IMG/VR virus record: IMGVR_UViG_3300032050_000093
Coordinates: 6,966 to 70,965 of that record
Origin: a virus
Reading direction: 5' to 3' (one strand)
DNA: 64,000 nucleotides
Below the pieces are notes generated by a model, which saw nothing but the letters and a program-made list of their open reading frames with translations, was not told the DNA's origin and made no database searches. Shown here piece after piece: positions 59,090-64,000 of this stretch (position 1 is the first letter of the stretch; each line of letters begins with the position of its first letter). The position numbers and the translations under genes are program-made.

Positions 59090-59602
59090 TTATTGATCGT
59101 ATGCTAAATTTTGTCCACCTCTTACAGAAGATTGTTGCTCTTCAATTAAATCTTTATACACTCCTTTGTAACTTTGACGTATTGCATCAAAGTCTTTTGC
59201 TATTCTTCCTATTTGAGCAATATTACCATCTCTTCCATCTGTAATTTGTGTCATGCTCATATACTTTGCTATATTATCTAAAGCTTTTTTAATTCCATAA
59301 TAAGCACGTGAAGTTTCTGTTTCATACATTTTTTGACATTTTTTTACAGCATCTATTATTAAATCGTCTTCAGTAGAAAACTCAACGTCCAATTCTTTTA
59401 GTATAAATTCTTCTTTATCCCCATCTGGAAAATGAAAAAAAGGATTTAAATCTGGGTTAGGACATGTCATGTAAAAAAGATAACTATAAATTTTTAAATG
59501 ATCATCTGGGTAGACATCCATAATATCTTTTAAAAATTTAAGAGTGTAGCAATGTTCCGTAGGAACCACTTGGTTATTTTGTATATCAAATAGTCTAATC
59601 AT
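59090..59602 (-). CDS. Conserved crAss-like protein upstream of terminase
   Basis: 170 aa, helical, C-terminal VRGG. Position conserved in crAss-like phages. Confidence 0.5.
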   Translation of the reverse strand: MIRLFDIQNNQVVPTEHCYTLKFLKDIMDVYPDDHLKIYSYLFYMTCPNPDLNPFFHFPDGDKEEFILKELDVEFSTEDDLIIDAVKKCQKMYETETSRAYYGIKKALDNIAKYMSMTQITDGRDGNIAQIGRIAKDFDAIRQSYKGVYKDLIEEQQSSVRGGQNLAYDQ

Positions 59603-59605
59603 ATA

Positions 59606-59923
59606 TTATCCTTTTTGCACAGCTCTATCCACCTTAGATGCTAAACCACGCAACACTAAATATTTTTTTAATTCATCATCATGTATCCAAGTTATATGAT
59701 TTGTTATTTTATGATCTTTATTCATATAACATTTATGAGCTGAAAATCCAAGTGTTAACTTTCCAGATTCTACATCATCCAATAACTCATCTAAAAGTTT
59801 TATTTCTTCTTCTATTTGTGTAGAGCCTTTTGTATACTTAGGGATATATGGACAATTTTGACATTGTTTCCCACAACACTTTCCTTTTGAAATTAAAAAT
59901 TCTTTTGTTAATGGTTTACTCAT
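59606..59923 (-). CDS. DUF5522-like Cys-motif protein
   Basis: FLISKGKCCGKQCQNCPY motif. Confidence 0.55.
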   Translation of the reverse strand: MSKPLTKEFLISKGKCCGKQCQNCPYIPKYTKGSTQIEEEIKLLDELLDDVESGKLTLGFSAHKCYMNKDHKITNHITWIHDDELKKYLVLRGLASKVDRAVQKG

Positions 59924-60291
59924 ACAGAATATAATATTGATAATCCATGCAGTCTACCTGCTGCATCAAACATTTCTTTTATTGTTTCAGGTTCTTTGCG
60001 TTTTGCATATTCTCTTTCAAGTTGTGAACAATAATGCAATAACTCACGCATCATTTGTAATTCTTCTTCATTCACTTTATCCTGAAGATAATTTAAAACA
60101 TTTTCTGAAAGCGTGTGCATTGCTGCACATTTGCCTTGTGGATAGATATCTTGTGATAGGTCTTTTGCAGCCTCACTTAATAATTCTGACATTTGCATGT
60201 ATAACTTAGAAACACGTTCTTTTTGTTTCTGATCAGTTTCTTTTTTATGTTGTGCAATTGTCACAAACATTTTTATTACATCAAACCACAT
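59920..60291 (-). CDS. Hypothetical protein
   Basis: 123 aa helical ORF overlapping neighbours by 1-4 nt. Confidence 0.55.
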   Translation of the reverse strand: MWFDVIKMFVTIAQHKKETDQKQKERVSKLYMQMSELLSEAAKDLSQDIYPQGKCAAMHTLSENVLNYLQDKVNEEELQMMRELLHYCSQLEREYAKRKEPETIKEMFDAAGRLHGLSILYSV

Positions 60292-61121
60292 TAGTATTTT
60301 GGTTTTATTTTGTTTCTATTATCTTCTAACCAGTGTATTACAGATATTGCTTCATCTTTTAAATAAGGAAGATCATATTGTACTATATCTAAAACAATAG
60401 GGTTTCCATGTGTATCAATAGCAGTGATGGGATTATCAAACTTATCACGCCCAGCCTCCTCAAACAATACATGATGAATCGTGAGCAATCCTGGACGAAG
60501 CTTAGGATTATGCTTAAGGATAATAAACATATACATACTAAGCTGCAAAGCGTAGTGATTAAGGTGGCAATCATCCAAATGACTGACAGGATGAGCCATT
60601 TTTTGGGTGACACCTTCCCAGTTAGTAAAGCCTTCAACTTTAATTTCTTTATTTGTTTTATAATCGGTGATATTTACAACACCGTTTATCACTTCAACTA
60701 AATCAGATTGTCCACATATTCCTGCTGATTTTAAATACACCATATGTTCAGGATAGACACCATCAACTAGTTTTTGATTTGGTGAATGTTTAATGTGGTC
60801 AATTTCAACTGGTTTAAAAATAGGAACTGTTACACCTTGTCTTTCTATTGTTTGAAATTCACATATATCTTGTTCTCTACAATTATGATACCATGTTCCG
60901 AGATCAGTAGCTCGTTTAGCTTCAGCTTTCCAAGCTTCTTTGATTTCTTCAGGTGTCATCCCATACCATTTACTCTTTTTGTTTTTTGAAGACTTGAGAG
61001 CTATTGCATCAGCATCAAATGGTTGTTTAAAGTTGGAGATAAGACTAGTTACACTTAACCAATCTATACCGTCTTCACTTGTATATTTATGTTTATCAGG
61101 GTAGAATTTTAATATACTCAT
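60291..61121 (-). CDS. PD-(D/E)XK nuclease (Cas4/RecB-like exonuclease family)
   Basis: SVTSLI, GTWYH, PE..GICGQSDLV, ITDYKTNK and YALQLSMY motifs. Confidence 0.85.
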   Translation of the reverse strand: MSILKFYPDKHKYTSEDGIDWLSVTSLISNFKQPFDADAIALKSSKNKKSKWYGMTPEEIKEAWKAEAKRATDLGTWYHNCREQDICEFQTIERQGVTVPIFKPVEIDHIKHSPNQKLVDGVYPEHMVYLKSAGICGQSDLVEVINGVVNITDYKTNKEIKVEGFTNWEGVTQKMAHPVSHLDDCHLNHYALQLSMYMFIILKHNPKLRPGLLTIHHVLFEEAGRDKFDNPITAIDTHGNPIVLDIVQYDLPYLKDEAISVIHWLEDNRNKIKPKY

Positions 61122-61450
61122 AGTCCAAGTTTTTGATTGAGCTTATCTTCTTCTTCTTCCGATAATTCTTCTTTCCATTTACCAAGAGGACATCCTGAAC
61201 TAAGAGCTCTTGTCTTTAATGACAAGCTGCATCCACATCCACCTTTCTTTTCATTACAGCATGGAGCTGTTCCTGGTACAAGACAGCCTTCCCCTTTTTC
61301 ATCAAACAATGTACATTCTTTACAAATATCAAGTCTATGTTGAGCTATTTCTTCAACATCTTCTCTTTTAAATACAGAGTTGGTGATTCCTTCAAGAATC
61401 TGACCCTTGCTCTTCCATATCTTTATTATGTTTTTTCCTAGACTTGACAT
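61118..61450 (-). CDS. Cys-rich Zn-binding protein
   Basis: RLDICKEC...CGCSLSLKTR...CPLGKW motif. Confidence 0.6.
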   Translation of the reverse strand: MSSLGKNIIKIWKSKGQILEGITNSVFKREDVEEIAQHRLDICKECTLFDEKGEGCLVPGTAPCCNEKKGGCGCSLSLKTRALSSGCPLGKWKEELSEEEEDKLNQKLGL

Positions 61451-61814
61451 TGCTTTTAGTTTTATGTAGTTTAATAAAATCTTTGCGCTGGTTTTCTTCG
61501 TCTATTATTTTTTTAACATTTCTCAATTCGTATAATGATTCAGCTGTTTTAAATCTAGCTGTCATTTTTTGCAATCCTTTTGCCTTGCTATTTTCTTCAA
61601 ATTTCTGAAGCATATCTATCTTATCATCTAACTTCCAATGTTTAATTACAAAATCACCAAGATTGCACACATGTATTTTAAAATGACTCAATGAAGATAG
61701 TTGTGATCTTAGTTCTCTATAGTAAAACATTATTGCAGATTCTACAACATCGTTTGATAATCCAGTTTTTATTGCAACATCATTTATAAAGTCTTTAGTT
61801 TTTTTAGGATTCAA
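61392..61814 (-). CDS. HU/IHF-like DNA-binding protein
   Basis: TKDFINDVAIKTGLS..VESAI..IHVCNLGDF pattern. Confidence 0.65.
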   Translation of the reverse strand: MNPKKTKDFINDVAIKTGLSNDVVESAIMFYYRELRSQLSSLSHFKIHVCNLGDFVIKHWKLDDKIDMLQKFEENSKAKGLQKMTARFKTAESLYELRNVKKIIDEENQRKDFIKLHKTKSNVKSRKKHNKDMEEQGSDS

Positions 61815-62166
61815 GACTTAATATTTTAAAGTTTAATAATAAACTGCCTTTTGAGAATACGTTTAAAACAGGATTAATGGTTATTTTCTTTTTATTCTTA
61901 CCTTCTTTAAGAATCAGGTTTTTCTTAGCTGCTTTGGTGAGACAATTCCTAACACTTTGAGGGGAAGAGAATATATTTTTCTCATGCACCCTACTACAGA
62001 ATGATGTGAGCTCCTGCTCCCCCTCAAGTGCTAAAAATGTTAAACAATCAAGATCGGCATCGCTTACAGAAATCTTATAGAGATAGCAATAGGTGAGCAA
62101 CTGGTACTTCACTGCGTCCCAGTTGTTCATCCTCATTTTTTTCTCTATTTGATTTACTACTGCCAT
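61804..62166 (-). CDS. Winged-HTH protein (RepL-like)
   Basis: SPQSVRNCLTK..KKNLI..INP pattern. Typical position in crAss-like phages. Confidence 0.5.
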   Translation of the reverse strand: MAVVNQIEKKMRMNNWDAVKYQLLTYCYLYKISVSDADLDCLTFLALEGEQELTSFCSRVHEKNIFSSPQSVRNCLTKAAKKNLILKEGKNKKKITINPVLNVFSKGSLLLNFKILSLES

Positions 62167-62495
62167 TATGCTTTTTTCTTAAGTGATCTAGATTTTTTTT
62201 CTTCAGCTGGTTTAGGGATTACAATACTATCCCCCACTTCATAACCATCCTCAACTAATTCAGGGTTTTGATCCAGATCCTCTTGTGTTAATGTATGAGG
62301 AACCATTTCGTTTTCTTCATTGCGAGGGTTGGTCAATTGAGCAACAAACGATATAGCTTGTAACTCTTCAGCTCTAGCTTTTGCCAGTCTGGTGTTGAGA
62401 TCCTGAAGCTTAGCCTGAAGTTCTTTCACTTCAATTTGCTCAATAAGGAAAGTCATGATTTCCTCTTTGGTTGGTACTTTTTGTTCTTCTGACAT
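62166..62495 (-). CDS. Hypothetical coiled-coil protein
   Basis: 109 aa ORF in the operon. Confidence 0.55.
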   Translation of the reverse strand: MSEEQKVPTKEEIMTFLIEQIEVKELQAKLQDLNTRLAKARAEELQAISFVAQLTNPRNEENEMVPHTLTQEDLDQNPELVEDGYEVGDSIVIPKPAEEKKSRSLKKKA

Positions 62496-62512
62496 AATTA
62501 TTGGTTTAAAAG

Positions 62513-62827
62513 TTAAAGTTCAATATCATTATTATCATTGTCATCTTTGATATCATCGTTGACATCGTCTGACATGAATTTTGTCCATATCTTACTAAAT
62601 TTAACATAGGGTGTATCTATAATATACACATCCCCTGTATCTGTATATATAGTGGTACAGAATTGCGTGGGGTCTTCTTCATCTGTTGACATTTTAAAAG
62701 CATTTACAGATCCTAAATAAATAGTGAATGGTAACCATCTACCTTGGTCCTCAATGTTTAAAGATTTTGCTTGCTCCTCTGGTATAGAGTAGCAATACAC
62801 TTTACACTCATGATAATAAGTCGACAT
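62513..62827 (-). CDS. Hypothetical protein
   Basis: 104 aa, acidic C-terminus. Confidence 0.5.
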   Translation of the reverse strand: MSTYYHECKVYCYSIPEEQAKSLNIEDQGRWLPFTIYLGSVNAFKMSTDEEDPTQFCTTIYTDTGDVYIIDTPYVKFSKIWTKFMSDDVNDDIKDDNDNNDIEL

Positions 62828-63044
62828 GCTTGTTAGTTTTACGGGGTGATTGATTGTATTGATTATAATTCATATACTTACTTCTATTACCAGATTTGCA
62901 CATAGCATCTACCATCATTCTATATGCTAGTCCATCTCTAACATCTACAACAGGAACAGCTACGTCCTGTCCATATCCATTTTTCATCACTCTGTAATGT
63001 GACTCTAGGTTTTCTCCTATCTCTTTAATTTGTGTCGAGCTCAT
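62808..63044 (-). CDS. Hypothetical protein, first gene of the late transcript
   Basis: 78 aa, immediately after a promoter-like motif. Confidence 0.5.
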   Translation of the reverse strand: MSSTQIKEIGENLESHYRVMKNGYGQDVAVPVVDVRDGLAYRMMVDAMCKSGNRSKYMNYNQYNQSPRKTNKHVDLLS

Positions 63045-63060
63045 AATATAATATACTTTA
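63045..63060 (-). promoter_or_regulatory. Putative late promoter (possibly near-leaderless)
   Basis: Minus strand aaaGTATATTATATT directly followed by ATG. Confidence 0.45.
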
Positions 63061-63370
63061 AATGTTTAAACTTAACAAATTTATTTTTATTTAATGTGTT
63101 AACAAATATTAAATATTCACACCCTGTTGATTATTCCATACCACGCAAAAATGCTTGGTATAATATATAATTAATATATTGAATATGGTATGTTATACAT
63201 AGCAAAAATGCGTGGTATGTAAATATTCACTTTTTAACCCCCCCCATTTTGTCATTGGTAACTAGCCCCCTACCATGTTAGAGGATGTGATGACCCTACC
63301 ATCCAACAAACCCCACCATAAATTTGGATGCGTGCATCCCCCGTTTGTTAATTCTTAAAAACGTAAATTT

Positions 63371-63757
63371 ATGCCAGACGCAAAAAAATCTGCGAAGGAA
63401 TCAACCAAGCCTGTAGGTCTTGGTAGATTAGCTGTCCATTCAGAGAATGAACAGCGTAAAGCCACAGAGGGCTTTAAGTTTGTCCTCGAGTACGATGACA
63501 AAAACGAAATCGTCGATAACGACGATGTCGAAACCAAACGTGCCAAAAATGGCAAGGTTGGTTATCATGTCAAGTGTGACAACGGAAGGTGGATCACCTT
63601 CTGGTCGCACACTATGCATGAAGTACTTGAATGTATCGAAGTCGATGGCGCCTTCGAAACATATCAAGTACTTGCCGACGCCAAGATACTTGACGACGGT
63701 GGACTCGTCCCTTCTTCGAAGGTTGAGTCTGGTGGGTTCTTCACCAAAGGTGATTAA
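63371..63757 (+). CDS. Hypothetical protein, first gene of the divergent (early) module
   Basis: 128 aa, higher GC, followed by a strong terminator. Confidence 0.65.
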   Translation: MPDAKKSAKESTKPVGLGRLAVHSENEQRKATEGFKFVLEYDDKNEIVDNDDVETKRAKNGKVGYHVKCDNGRWITFWSHTMHEVLECIEVDGAFETYQVLADAKILDDGGLVPSSKVESGGFFTKGD

Positions 63758-63766
63758 CACCACCAC

Positions 63767-63796
63767 AAAAAGGGAACATAGTTCCCTTTTTTTTCT
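63767..63796 (+). terminator. Rho-independent terminator
   Basis: AAAAAGGGAAC-ATA-GTTCCCTTTTTTTT. Confidence 0.75.
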
Positions 63797-64000
63797 CTAA
63801 CATACCTATAAACCAATACTCACCAATATGACAAAGATTAGTTTTGTTTGGCTAAATGGTGTTCTCGTTCGCATTTACTCACTACAAGAGTTACGCGAAG
63901 TGTTAACACAAGCGTTACACGCATAAAAGCCAACGTAATCAATTGAAAACCAATTAGATGTGTTGATGTTTGTTAATGACAGCAACACATCTTTTATTTT

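Noticed and set aside
63355-63800. Overlapping alternative ORFs (63355-63555 -, 63440-63766 -, 63447-63800 +)
   Set aside because: They overlap the better-supported 63371-63757 gene, and one runs through its terminator.
1-64000. Stop-codon reassignment as in some gut crAss-like phages
   Set aside because: Long genes are intact under the standard code with tight packing, and no suppressor tRNA is seen.

Overview
A roughly 30% GC segment of a crAss-like (Crassvirales-type) podophage, probably infecting a Bacteroidota host (inferred from gene order and protein motifs). Almost all genes lie on the minus strand and form the late/virion module. Read in transcription order (right to left) they are: RepL-like wHTH, HU/IHF-like, PD-(D/E)XK nuclease, GT4 glycosyltransferase, two tRNA-type genes, terminase large subunit, portal, scaffold-like protein, major capsid protein, conserved crAss structural genes, ferritin, auxiliary capsid protein and a papain-like protease. 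Next comes a 13.5 kb array of Cys-rich proteins with mucin-like (Thr-Ser)n linkers, followed directly by a four-gene glycosylation cassette (GT95/96-like, GT11, FkbM-type methyltransferase, GT31-like). Then come a metallophosphoesterase, ring and muzzle tail proteins, and large ejected cargo proteins punctuated by xQxGG-type motifs. A divergent plus-strand gene starts at the far right. The most striking candidate system is a phage-encoded mucin-type protein O-glycosylation pathway sitting beside its probable Ser/Thr-rich substrates. Other notable items are circularly permuted FISUMP domains (one with a DGR variable-repeat-like segment), a tRNA-Asp-like RNA with a giant variable arm, a parS-like site, a repeated hairpin loop and a recurrent putative late promoter. 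All calls come from reading motifs by eye; no database searches were run.
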